From: Alphaproteobacteria bacterium
Lineage (GTDB): Bacteria; Pseudomonadota; Alphaproteobacteria; CACIAM-22H2
Direction: 5' to 3'
DNA length: 64,000 bases
NCBI GenBank assembly: GCA_035457725.1
Contig: DATIBC010000044.1
Coordinates: 6,458 to 70,457, forward strand
Shown here: positions 18,977-30,953 of the stretch, in pieces
Numbering within the stretch: the first letter of the stretch is position 1
How the letters are laid out: the number at the start of each line of letters is the position of its first letter
Made by a program: the position numbers and the translations under genes
The notes under the pieces: generated by a model
Told to the model about the DNA's origin: nothing
What the model saw: the letters and a program-made list of their open reading frames with translations, nothing else
The model's database searches: none

Positions 18977-19232
18977 GATGATTTTCCTCTGCGAACGATG
19001 AGATTACGGCCGTTCCAGCCGCCGGCGATAGAGTGTTGCTCCACGCGTCGCCGGCACGAAACGGAGGGTCAACGAGCTTCCTCCGATCGCTCGTCGTCGC
19101 TTGCCTAATCGCATCGTCCAAACTGACGTCTTCGCGTTCATCGTGTCCGGTCCAAATGGAAAGGCGCCCTCGTATGGGGCGCCTTTCGTGTTCCCTGCCC
19201 CGTGGGTGGGGCCGATCGCCGCTGGCGGGCGA

Positions 19233-19748
19233 TCAGCGTTTCGAGAATTGGAAGCTGCGTCGCGCCTTGGCGCGGCCGTATTTCTTGCGCTCGACGACGC
19301 GGCTGTCGCGGGTGAGGAAGCCGTGCTGCTTGAGAAGCGGCCGCAACTCCGGCTCATAGAAAGTCAGCGCCCGGCTGATACCGTGCCGCACAGCGCCCGC
19401 CTGTCCGGAAAGTCCGCCGCCGGTCACCGTGCACCAAACGTCGAACTGTCCGGCACGATTGGCGACGCCGAACGGCTGGGCAATGATCATACGCAGGACC
19501 GGCCGCGCGAAATAGATCTGGCTGTCCCGGCCGTTCACCGTGATTTTGCCGCTCCCCGCCTTGATCCAGACGCGCGCCACCGCGTTTTTCCGTTTGCCCG
19601 TTGCGTACGACCGGCCGAGCGCGTCTTTCTGCGGCTCGGGCATGTCGCGGATCTGCGCTTCGGCGTGCGCCTGCGCGGCAGACGCCATCGCGAGATCGGC
19701 CAGCGTACGCGTCTTGGTCACCGGTGCTACGGTCGTCTTTTCAGACAT
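19233..19748 (-). CDS. rpsI: 30S ribosomal protein S9
   Basis: C-terminal ...[18 protein letters not shown] is diagnostic of uS9. Start taken at the internal ATG (MSEKTT). Confidence 0.9.
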   Translation of the reverse strand: MSEKTTVAPVTKTRTLADLAMASAAQAHAEAQIRDMPEPQKDALGRSYATGKRKNAVARVWIKAGSGKITVNGRDSQIYFARPVLRMIIAQPFGVANRAGQFDVWCTVTGGGLSGQAGAVRHGISRALTFYEPELRPLLKQHGFLTRDSRVVERKKYGRAKARRSFQFSKR

Positions 19749-19752
19749 GGCG

Positions 19753-20226
19753 TCACGCGCTCCGCTTATTCTTGGGGTTGAGCTTGGCGAGGTCGATCGC
19801 CTCGGGGTTCTGCGCGACATGCGGGTGGTCGGGACCCGGATAGACTTTTAGGTTCCGCATCTGGCGGCGTGCCAGCGGGCTTTCCTTCTTCAGCATTCGC
19901 TCGACCGCCTTGACGATAAGCCGCTCGGGATGCTTACCGGAAAGGGTCTCCTTCGGCGTGCGCTGCTTGATTCCGCCGGGATGGCCGGTATGCCAAAAGA
20001 AAATCTTGTCGTTCATCTTGTTGCCGGTGAGCCGCACCTTCTCGGCATTGACGACGATGATGTTGTCACCGCAATCGACATGCGGTGTGAAGGTCGCCTT
20101 GTGCTTGCCTTTGAGCCGCGTAGCGACAACCACCGCCAGGCGACCGAGCACCACGCCGTCGGCGTCGATCAGGTACCACTTCTTGGCCTTGTGCGCGGCC
20201 TCGGGCGTCAGGTTGAAGGTTTTCAT
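19753..20226 (-). CDS. rplM: 50S ribosomal protein L13
   Basis: [31 protein letters not shown]... is the typical uL13 N-terminus. Lies 4 nt upstream of rpsI. Confidence 0.9.
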   Translation of the reverse strand: MKTFNLTPEAAHKAKKWYLIDADGVVLGRLAVVVATRLKGKHKATFTPHVDCGDNIIVVNAEKVRLTGNKMNDKIFFWHTGHPGGIKQRTPKETLSGKHPERLIVKAVERMLKKESPLARRQMRNLKVYPGPDHPHVAQNPEAIDLAKLNPKNKRSA

Positions 20227-20370
20227 GGGCCATCCCCGGGGAAACACCAGCGGAGCCCGCACGGCCCCTCGTTCAAGGGCGCGGAGTATCGGTACGGTTG
20301 GCGAGACTGTCAATTCGAATTATCGTCGAAAAATTAGGCACTTGTGCGTGCGGTCAAATATTACCGCAAT

Positions 20371-20847
20371 CTAAGTACTTTTCTTGATGCGGCTCTTCGT
20401 CCGCCGGACATTTTGTTTCGGCGATTGGTTCGCCGGTGGAATCGAGTAGGTCCCCGTCGCGTGCGCGACCGGGTCGTCCTCGCCCTCCGAGTAGAGGGTA
20501 ACCTCCATGAAAGCCAGCCGCTTGCCGAGCTTGATCATTCGACCATCGCCGATGACGTCAGCGGCGCGTGGTCGACGTAAAAAACTGGTGCTCAGCGTGA
20601 TCGTCATCGCCATTTCGACTCTGCCGATCAGGCTCAGCAGCACCGCATACATCGTATAGTCGGCCAATCCCATCAACGCGGGCCCGGCAATGGTGCCGCC
20701 AGGGCGCGTGAGCGCGGATTTGAACGGCATTCGCGTGCGCGCCCGACCGGCGGTGAGCGATTCGACCCGCATGCCGAACAAATCGGCGATCGGCAATGTG
20801 GAAGCGCTCAAGCGTTGAAACGCGTCGATCGCGATCTTTGACTTCAT
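20371..20847 (-). CDS. PaaI/hotdog-fold thioesterase family protein
   Basis: Hotdog thioesterase-like core (GGTIAGPALMGLADYTMYAVLLS). Start taken at MKSKIAI. Confidence 0.65.
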   Translation of the reverse strand: MKSKIAIDAFQRLSASTLPIADLFGMRVESLTAGRARTRMPFKSALTRPGGTIAGPALMGLADYTMYAVLLSLIGRVEMAMTITLSTSFLRRPRAADVIGDGRMIKLGKRLAFMEVTLYSEGEDDPVAHATGTYSIPPANQSPKQNVRRTKSRIKKST

Positions 20848-20942
20848 GGCATGGCGACCTTGCGGCTTCGGCACCGTCACAAAAATTGACGTTCACGTAA
20901 ATGTCAACCTAGTCTCCGGTCGTGGGTCGCGAGGAGGAAGCA

Positions 20943-21746
20943 ATGGACACAGTTTTGGTCGAAAAGTCCGGACCGGTGACGACGGTGATCTTGAACCGGC
21001 CCGAAGTGCGCAACGCGGTTGATCCAGCGACGGGGCAGAAGCTCGTCGACGCTTTTCTCGCTTTCGAGGCCGACGACGATGCGCGCGTCGCGGTGTTCTA
21101 TGGCGACCATGGCGTATTCTGCGCCGGCGGCGACCTCAAGGCTTTGTCGGCGAGCAACGCCAAGGCTTGGGCGGAGCACTTGGCGTTCCGCGAGAACGGC
21201 AACGGCGAGCTGCCGCCTGGCCCGCTCGGCCCGTCGAGACTGCTGCTCAACAAACCGGTGATCGCCGCCGTGGCCGGCCCCGCCGTCGCCGGTGGCATGG
21301 AGCTGGCCCTGTGGTGCGACATGCGGGTCATGGAAGAGGACGCATATTTCGGCGTGTATTGTCGTCGCTGGGGAGTGCCGCTGATCGACGGCGGGACGGT
21401 TCGCCTGCCGCGTATCGTTGGACTCGGCCGCGCGCTCGATATCATCCTTACTGGCCGCAAGGTTACGGCTCAAGAGGCGCTCGCGATCGGCATGTGCGAG
21501 CGCGTTGCGCCGAAAGGCCGGGCGCGCAAAGTCGCCGAGGAAATCGCCCGCGAGCTTTGTCGATTTCCGCAGGCTTGCTTGCGCGCCGACCGGCTTTCCG
21601 CATACCGCCAGGACGGTCTCACGATACGCGAGGCCATGCGCCAGGAGTACTGGGGAGGCCACGATTGCTTGATCGACGAAGGCGTCGATGGAGCGACGCG
21701 CTTCGCCGCGGGCAAGGGCCGGCATGGCGATTACACGGATATTTGA
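20943..21746 (+). CDS. enoyl-CoA hydratase/isomerase (crotonase) family protein
   Basis: Crotonase motifs (FCAGGDLKAL, AAVAGPAVAGGMELALWCD). AGGAGG Shine-Dalgarno before the ATG. Confidence 0.85.
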   Translation: MDTVLVEKSGPVTTVILNRPEVRNAVDPATGQKLVDAFLAFEADDDARVAVFYGDHGVFCAGGDLKALSASNAKAWAEHLAFRENGNGELPPGPLGPSRLLLNKPVIAAVAGPAVAGGMELALWCDMRVMEEDAYFGVYCRRWGVPLIDGGTVRLPRIVGLGRALDIILTGRKVTAQEALAIGMCERVAPKGRARKVAEEIARELCRFPQACLRADRLSAYRQDGLTIREAMRQEYWGGHDCLIDEGVDGATRFAAGKGRHGDYTDI

Positions 21747-21827
21747 CCCGGCGGACTTGAAATTGCGATCCATGGCGGCGCAAATAGCCCTGAGACTTGT
21801 CGCTGATTCGGACGTTCGAGGCGCACC

Positions 21828-22640
21828 ATGAACGCTTTCGCCCATCCCACTGCCGGGCCCGCCGCCGCGCCAGTCTTGCGCCAGAACCAGGGCGCCGTCG
21901 CGTGGCTGACGCTCAATCGCCCGGCGCAGCGAAACGCGCTGTCGATAGGGTTGATGCAAGCGATGTGCGAGGAACTCGAACGGATCAAATCGGACGAGGC
22001 GATCAAGGTGGTGGTGATCGCCGGCGCTGGACCAGGTTTTTGCGCCGGTCACGACTTAAAGGAATTGCGCGCCAATCCGGGGCGGCAGTTCTACGAGCAG
22101 ACTTTCGCCCTGTGCTCCGAGCTCATGCTCGCGATCACTCGGCTGCCCAAGCCGGTCATCGCGCGCGTGCACGGCATCGCCACCGCCGCCGGCTGCCAGC
22201 TCGTCGCGACATGCGATTTGGCCGTCGCCGCCAAAGGCGCGATGTTCGCGACGCCCGGCGTCAATATCGGCTTGTTCTGCTCCACGCCGATGGTGGCGCT
22301 GTCGCGCAACATCGGTCGCAAGCGCAGCATGGAAATGCTTTTGACGGGCGACACGATTACCGCCGACCAGGCGCAGCATTACGGCCTGGTCAACCGCGTC
22401 GTCGCCGACGACCAGCTCGACGCGGCGGTGACCGCACTAGCCGAGCATATCGCGGCCAAGTCGCCATTGACGCTGGCCATCGGCAAGGAGGCGTTCTACC
22501 GGCAAGTCGAGCTGGATCTCGACCGGGCGTATGCCTATGCAAGCGAAGTCATGACCAAGAACATGCTTGCCCGCGACGCTGAGAGCGGCATCGATGCGTT
22601 CATCAACAAAAAGCCGCAGCCGAAGTGGCAGGGTCGCTGA
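21828..22640 (+). CDS. enoyl-CoA hydratase/isomerase family protein
   Basis: Crotonase motifs (GPGFCAGHDLKEL, IARVHGIATAAGCQL). Confidence 0.85.
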   Translation: MNAFAHPTAGPAAAPVLRQNQGAVAWLTLNRPAQRNALSIGLMQAMCEELERIKSDEAIKVVVIAGAGPGFCAGHDLKELRANPGRQFYEQTFALCSELMLAITRLPKPVIARVHGIATAAGCQLVATCDLAVAAKGAMFATPGVNIGLFCSTPMVALSRNIGRKRSMEMLLTGDTITADQAQHYGLVNRVVADDQLDAAVTALAEHIAAKSPLTLAIGKEAFYRQVELDLDRAYAYASEVMTKNMLARDAESGIDAFINKKPQPKWQGR

Positions 22641-22645
22641 TCGCG

Positions 22646-23194
22646 ATGGCGACTAAAGCCGTTTCCCGTTCGTCGAACCGTTCCCCGCCGCCGTCGTCAG
22701 GACGGCGCGTCGACCACGACGCCTATAGCGACGACTACTTGCGCGGCATTCTGCGCCGGATAAACGTCATCGCCATGGTCGGCGCCAGCCCGCATTGGAA
22801 TCGGCCAAGCTACTTCGCCATGAAGTACCTGCAACACAAAGGCTACAGAGTAATCCCCGTCAATCCCGCGGCGGCCGGACAGACGATCCTCGGCGAGAAA
22901 GCTTACGTCAGTCTCAAAGACATTCCCGAACGGGTCGACATGGTCGACGTGTTCCGCAACTCGGCCGCCGCCGGACCGATCGCCGATGAAGCGGTGGCGA
23001 TTGGCGCCAAGGTGTTGTGGATGCAGCTTGGCGTGCGGAACGACGCGGCGGCGAAGCGCGCCGAGGCGGCCGGCCTTCAGGTGGTCATGAACCGCTGTCC
23101 GAAAATCGAGTTCGGCCGTCTGTGCGGCGAGCTGTCATGGAGCGGCATCAACTCCGGGATTATCTCCGCCAGGCGCCAGAAGCCGGTGCGATGA
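22646..23194 (+). CDS. CoA-binding domain protein (YccU-like)
   Basis: INVIAMVGASPHWNRPSYFAMKYLQHKGYRVIPVNP is a CoA-binding Rossmann-like motif. Confidence 0.75.
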   Translation: MATKAVSRSSNRSPPPSSGRRVDHDAYSDDYLRGILRRINVIAMVGASPHWNRPSYFAMKYLQHKGYRVIPVNPAAAGQTILGEKAYVSLKDIPERVDMVDVFRNSAAAGPIADEAVAIGAKVLWMQLGVRNDAAAKRAEAAGLQVVMNRCPKIEFGRLCGELSWSGINSGIISARRQKPVR

Positions 23195-23298
23195 TCCACG
23201 CCAGCAGCGCGCGGCAATTACCGACCCGGGCGGGCTGAGATTGTGATAAGGACGATCCGCGTCACCCTCGCTCAAAGAGCGCAGCTTCGAGGTCCGCC

Positions 23299-26260
<2,962 letters not shown>

Positions 26261-26393
26261 GTTGGTTTCCTTATCGGCCGCCTCGTCGCGCCGCCGACCA
26301 AGCAATCGTAAATCGTGCCATCAACGTGCGCCGGCGACAATGGCCGGTCGCGGCGTGGCCACCATGCGCCGGCCGCAACGCTGGCGTCCAAAC

Positions 26394-26720
26394 TTATCGC
26401 TTGGCCCCCGTCTCAGCGTCGATCCAGTCGAGAAATCCGCGATTACCGCCGACGATCGGCAGCGCCACGACGCATGGCACGGTGTAACTATGCAGCTCGC
26501 GTACGCGCGCGACCGCCCGCTCGACCAACGCCGTTCGCGTCTTCGCCATCACGATAATCTCGCGGTCCTCGGTCAGCTTTCCTTCCCACCAATAGATCGA
26601 CTCCATGTTTGCGACGATGTTCGCGCATGCCGCGATCCGTTCCTCGACCAACGCGCGCGCGATCCGCCGCGCCTCGTCGATATTGCCGACGGTTATGTAG
26701 AGCAACCGATGCTCGCCCAT
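26394..26720 (-). CDS. cutA: divalent-cation tolerance protein CutA
   Basis: 108 aa; matches the CutA1 fold sequence (YITVGNIDEARRIARALVEERIAACANI...ESIYWWEGK). Confidence 0.85.
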   Translation of the reverse strand: MGEHRLLYITVGNIDEARRIARALVEERIAACANIVANMESIYWWEGKLTEDREIIVMAKTRTALVERAVARVRELHSYTVPCVVALPIVGGNRGFLDWIDAETGAKR

Positions 26721-26833
26721 GACGGATTAGCGTAAATGGCCCAAGTCACGCAGCCAAGAGCTTGTCTTGGCGGTTTTGGCGATCTGCCGTACACTCGCCG
26801 CCGATCGACGCTCCGGGGGCAATACGCCGCAGA

Positions 26834-27184
26834 ATGCCGAGCAAGCCGTCCGATCCCATACCGTTTCGGCCGAAGCACGCACGCACCGGCTTTGCCGATC
26901 CTCCGCCTCCGCCGCGAGAGCATCCAGCGACCCGTCCACGCGGGCTGCCGGAGACGCCGGGCGATCCGACCGAACCGCAACGCGAGTGGCTCCGTCGCGG
27001 ACTTACCCAGGCCGGCGGCAAACTGCCGCTGTTCTGGCCCGACGGCCGCAGGGTCGACACGCGGACGGTTCGCTCCTGCATCGAGCAAGGCTGGGCCGAA
27101 CCGTGGTTTGCCAACCCGTTGAAACCGGATTGGCTCGTCTGTCGCTTGACCGATGCAGGGCGGGCGCTGTTTCGCGATGAATGA
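26834..27184 (+). CDS. hypothetical protein with Pro-rich N-terminus and winged-helix-like C-terminal region
   Basis: Fills an otherwise 468-nt gap. Its stop TGA lies 3 nt before the GTG start of the downstream MFS gene. C-terminus (TRTVRSCIEQGWAE...DWLVCRLTDAGRALF) resembles a MarR/PadR-type wing. The upstream TTG at 26762 is also possible. It could be a spurious high-GC ORF. Confidence 0.35.
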   Translation: MPSKPSDPIPFRPKHARTGFADPPPPPREHPATRPRGLPETPGDPTEPQREWLRRGLTQAGGKLPLFWPDGRRVDTRTVRSCIEQGWAEPWFANPLKPDWLVCRLTDAGRALFRDE

Positions 27185-27187
27185 ACT

Positions 27188-28471
27188 GTGAGCGCCGGCG
27201 CGAAGCCGTCGACGAACGGATTCAGCGAAATCGTCATACGCTGCTTCTTGCCGTTCGCCGCCGGGTATTTCCTCAGCTACCTGTTCCGTTCCGTCAACGC
27301 CGTCATCGGCCCGTATCTGGTCGTCGAATTGCGGCTCGACGCCTCTGCATTGGGGCTGCTGACCGCGGCGTACTTCGCCGCCTTTGCGGCGTTTCAGATT
27401 CCGCTGGGAATCCTTCTCGACCGTTACGGGCCGCGGCGGGTGGAGTCCGTCTTGCTGATATCGGCGGCGATCGGCGCGGTCGTCTTCGCAGTGTCGGAAA
27501 GCGTGGCGGCATTGGCGATCGGCCGGGCGATGATCGGCCTCGGCGTTTCGGCGTGCCTGATGGCGTCGCTCAAGGCCAACACGCAATTTTGGCCGCGCGA
27601 GCGTCTCCCGCTCGCCAATGGCTGCCTCATGGCGTTCGGCGGACTCGGCGCCACCGTCGCCACGCTGCCGGTGCATTTCATGCTCAACATCGTCGGCTGG
27701 CGCGCCATTTTCCTGATTCTCATGGTGCTCACCCTGCTCTCCGCCGCCTACATCCGGCTCGCTGTCCCTGAACGCACGCACAGCCAGCCCTCGCGCCTCA
27801 TCGATCAGATCAAGACAGTTGGCACGATCTATCGCTCGCCGGTGTTCTGGCGGGTGGTTCCGGTGACGGTATTCGCGCAGTCGGCCTTTCTCGCCTATCA
27901 GGGTCTTTGGGCGGGCCCCTGGCTGCGGGACATCTACGGGTTTGAACCCGATGTCGCCGCTGGCGTCTTGTTTGACATGTCGGCGGCGATGATTCCCGGC
28001 TTCGTTCTGAGCGGGGCCGTCTACGATTGGCTGCGGCGGACCGGGCTCGCGCCGCTGACCGTTATCGCGGCGATGATGGGATTCTTCATCGCCACGCAGC
28101 TTTTCCTGGTCATCGACATACTGCCCCCATCGGTCTTTCCGGTGACGGTCGCCTGGGCGTTGTTCTGCATCGGCGGCACGTTCTCGGTCGTAACATTCGC
28201 CTACTTGAACCAAGTGTTTCCCCACGAACTCGCTGGCCGGGTCAACACGGCGTTGAACGTCCTGGTTTTCAGTTCGGCGTTCGCGGTCCAGGCGGGCGTC
28301 GGCAGGGTAATCGACTTGTTCGCGACCGATGCCGGCGGCTTTGCGCCGCTTGGTCACAAGGTCGGATTGCTTAGCGTGATACTATTGCAAGTCGTCGGCT
28401 ACGCATGGATGCTTGCGCCCCGCGCGATCCGGGCGGCATCCGGCGCGAGCGATCGGCCAGCCGCGGATTAA
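27188..28471 (+). CDS. MFS transporter
   Basis: 427 aa, 12 predicted TM segments, MFS motif GILLDRYGPRRV. GTG start. Confidence 0.85.
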   Translation: MSAGAKPSTNGFSEIVIRCFLPFAAGYFLSYLFRSVNAVIGPYLVVELRLDASALGLLTAAYFAAFAAFQIPLGILLDRYGPRRVESVLLISAAIGAVVFAVSESVAALAIGRAMIGLGVSACLMASLKANTQFWPRERLPLANGCLMAFGGLGATVATLPVHFMLNIVGWRAIFLILMVLTLLSAAYIRLAVPERTHSQPSRLIDQIKTVGTIYRSPVFWRVVPVTVFAQSAFLAYQGLWAGPWLRDIYGFEPDVAAGVLFDMSAAMIPGFVLSGAVYDWLRRTGLAPLTVIAAMMGFFIATQLFLVIDILPPSVFPVTVAWALFCIGGTFSVVTFAYLNQVFPHELAGRVNTALNVLVFSSAFAVQAGVGRVIDLFATDAGGFAPLGHKVGLLSVILLQVVGYAWMLAPRAIRAASGASDRPAAD

Positions 28472-28541
28472 TCGGTCTGCCCGCGACGTTTGTTCTAGAC
28501 TGTCGGCGTAGCGGAAAATTGCCTTCCTGGGCGGGAATGTC

Positions 28542-29069
28542 GTGACCCGGCGGCTTCGATCGTTCGTTTTAGCGAATCTGGTCATGGGCTTGCCCGGTCT
28601 CGCGGCGGCGCAACCGGCGCTGTTCGCCATCGAGATGAACGGCACGCCGGGAATGCGTTACATCGGTAACTGCACGTTCGACGGCGCGCCAAACGGCCAG
28701 ACTTACGTCAAGTTCGACGGATTCGTTCCCGATGGTCTGTCGATCGCCGCGGCGCGCATTTCGTGCGCTGTCCAAAAGTTCGATTCCTTCGGCAGGCTGG
28801 AGGTCACATTGTTTCACGACGACGAGCCGATCGCGTTCGCCGAGACCTCGGCGCCATTCAATTGGGTCGAGGTGTGGAGTCGGGGTTATGGCGAGGTGCC
28901 GGGAGCGCGACGCGGCTTGACGCCGCTGTTTCGTGTCAATCCACCTCCCGGATCGCCGCCGCCCAAACCGCAGCCGGCTCCCAAGGCCCGTAGCCCGACG
29001 CCGGTCCCGCCGTTTCCTAATGCGCAAAATCCGCCGCCGCTCGATCCCAGAAGCACGAAACCGCGTTGA
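28542..29069 (+). CDS. hypothetical secreted protein with Pro-rich C-terminal tail
   Basis: GTG start; signal peptide MTRRLRSFVLANLVMGLPGLAAAQP. Two Cys in the mature part. C-terminal PPPGSPPPKPQPAPKARSPTPVPP tail. Confidence 0.5.
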   Translation: MTRRLRSFVLANLVMGLPGLAAAQPALFAIEMNGTPGMRYIGNCTFDGAPNGQTYVKFDGFVPDGLSIAAARISCAVQKFDSFGRLEVTLFHDDEPIAFAETSAPFNWVEVWSRGYGEVPGARRGLTPLFRVNPPPGSPPPKPQPAPKARSPTPVPPFPNAQNPPPLDPRSTKPR

Positions 29070-29157
29070 GCGCGCCGGGAAGGAGTAATTCCCGAGCATT
29101 GTATCGATCGTTAATGCTCCGGAAACCCTGCCGCCTTAGGGTCTAACGACATCTTCC

Positions 29158-29589
29158 ATGGGGTGTGCTCCGATGGCCGATACAACCGCACGTCCTTGGC
29201 CACCGACGCTGGTCACAGGCGAAACTCCGGGGAGTTCCGATTCCGTGAGCAACGCACCGTTGAAGGGCGAGGACCGCCGTGAGCATGTGCGTAAGCCGCT
29301 GCTGGTCAGCGGCATGATCTATTGCGGCACCAAGGAATATCCGTGCCTGGTCGAAAACGTCTCGGCCGGTGGTTTAGGTTTGGTGGCAAATGGCGACCTA
29401 GACGATTCCGGTATCGTATCGGGCGCAGTTCTCGCCGTGCGCGTCGACGGCTACGGCGTACTTGCCGGCGTCGTGGCGTGGCGCAACGATAACCGGCTCG
29501 GCATCCGCTTCCTCAACGCGCCTGAGCAAGCGGCCGACAAGTTCGGGCTTAAATCGAACAGCCCGCCGATCGCCAAAACGACCGTTTAG
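29158..29589 (+). CDS. PilZ domain-containing protein (putative c-di-GMP receptor)
   Basis: RxxxR motif (RREHVRK) followed about 25 aa later by the D/NxSxxG motif (ENVSAGGLGL), the two c-di-GMP-binding signatures of PilZ. Single-domain protein; start 29158 or 29173. Confidence 0.6.
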   Translation: MGCAPMADTTARPWPPTLVTGETPGSSDSVSNAPLKGEDRREHVRKPLLVSGMIYCGTKEYPCLVENVSAGGLGLVANGDLDDSGIVSGAVLAVRVDGYGVLAGVVAWRNDNRLGIRFLNAPEQAADKFGLKSNSPPIAKTTV

Positions 29590-29772
29590 TCGCTGTTTTC
29601 GCTACTCGTTGGCGTCGGTCCGCGTCGAGCTGCGCCCGGCGTTCCTGTTGCGTCGTCTTGGCGTCGGACGGCGAAATCAACGTTAACAGAATGCTAACGA
29701 AGCCGATTTAAGGTCAAGTTACGGCCTTTGCCAAAGTACGGATAGCAAGGATCGACGAAGGAGCGCGGCGCG

Positions 29773-30129
29773 ATGAACGGTATTAAGGCCTATCTCTCCC
29801 GCGACGAGGTCAAAAAGATCGTCGCCGATGAGGTGGCGCGCCGGCTCGAGCCGCAGCGAATGCTGGGAGAGTGCAAGGACGACGCGCTCTTCTTCGATGA
29901 CGGCCATATCGAGGTGATCTTCTTCACCCCCGACGCGGTTTTGGAGGAAGGCGAAGTCCTCGGAACGTACGTTCATTCGGAGTCGAAGGAAGGCCAGGAA
30001 CGCGAGCGGCAGCGCGAGAAAGAGCGAGAGCTGGCGCGCGCCAGATCCAAAGCCAGAGATCAGATCAAGAGCGATGCGCCCGCGGGCAAGGATCCGCAAA
30101 ACGACCCGAAACTGCTCGTCATCAGTTAG
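29773..30129 (+). CDS. hypothetical protein with Glu/Arg-rich charged C-terminal segment
   Basis: ATG with AAGGAG 10 nt upstream, preceded by an AT-rich spacer. 118 aa, no recognisable domain; ERERQREKERELARARSKARD low-complexity helix. Confidence 0.5.
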   Translation: MNGIKAYLSRDEVKKIVADEVARRLEPQRMLGECKDDALFFDDGHIEVIFFTPDAVLEEGEVLGTYVHSESKEGQERERQREKERELARARSKARDQIKSDAPAGKDPQNDPKLLVIS

Positions 30130-30205
30130 GCAGCAACGGTCACGCGTCGTTCGACGCGGCGTACCCCAAAACGCAACTAAATGCGTTGCCCTGAAGGACC
30201 GGCAG

Positions 30206-30361
30206 CTATCGGCTCCGACCCGCGCGACGGTCGAGACCCGCCGCTTGCAGCTCACGCTCCTCGACGTCGGCCTGCCGCTGCCATTCGATGATCTTCCATC
30301 CGCCCCATATCAACCCGCCGCCTGCCGCCAACCCCACCAGGATGAACAAAGCGAATAGCAT
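30206..30361 (-). CDS. hypothetical small membrane protein (51 aa)
   Basis: ATG preceded by CGGAGGGAGGGA Shine-Dalgarno. Single TM helix MLFALFILVGLAAGGGLIWGGW, then a charged tail. Confidence 0.4.
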   Translation of the reverse strand: MLFALFILVGLAAGGGLIWGGWKIIEWQRQADVEERELQAAGLDRRAGRSR

Positions 30362-30513
30362 GATCCCTCCCTCCGACTGATCGCGCGTCGGCACAAGGAT
30401 CGACTTTAGGAAGTCTTAAGTTAACCGGCAGTTAATTTTCCGCGGCTTGCCGGTCAAATTCGCCAACCCACCGATAGCAGTGCAGTTTTTAGGCGGATCG
30501 CCGTCCGCAGGAC

Positions 30514-30924
30514 TCACGCCGCGCCGGCGGCGAACAACAGTAGATTGCCGTCCGGGGCCTTAACGATAAACGTCCGCGCGCCCCACGGCTCGTTTCGCAG
30601 CCCCTGGTGAAACGTGACTCCGGCGGCTATGAACTCGGCGTACAGGCGTTCGATGTCATCGACCGTTATCGACGCCGACAGGAATGCTTCGCGCGCTCGG
30701 CGATCGTCGTCGATCACGGGCGCGTCGACATGCCGGAGATTGAGCCGCGCCTGGTCGCGTCGTACCTGTCCATAGAATGGCGGGCTTCCGTGAACGAACT
30801 CGACCGAAAGGCCGAGTTTTTCGGTGAAGAAGCCGCACGACGCCTCGATGCTCGATACGAACAATTGCGGCTCGGCGGCGGTGAGAACAGCGCGCGCAGG
30901 TCTGGAATTCGCTTGCATTGCCAT
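30514..30924 (-). CDS. VOC (glyoxalase/bleomycin resistance) family protein
   Basis: 136 aa betaalphabetabetabeta-like sequence (ASCGFFTEKLGLSVEF...). Start ATG 30924 or 30918. Confidence 0.7.
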   Translation of the reverse strand: MAMQANSRPARAVLTAAEPQLFVSSIEASCGFFTEKLGLSVEFVHGSPPFYGQVRRDQARLNLRHVDAPVIDDDRRAREAFLSASITVDDIERLYAEFIAAGVTFHQGLRNEPWGARTFIVKAPDGNLLLFAAGAA

Positions 30925-30953
30925 CGATTCGATCCTTTGCGCCACTCGAGCTG

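Noticed and set aside
20904-22052. 382-aa minus-strand ORF
   Set aside because: It is antisense to two clearly recognisable crotonase genes. It has low-complexity composition, no motif and no start context.
26693-28357. 554-aa ORF on the minus strand
   Set aside because: It is exactly antisense to a well-supported 12-TM MFS gene, and its translation is Arg/Gly/Pro/Ala-rich nonsense typical of high-GC antisense frames.
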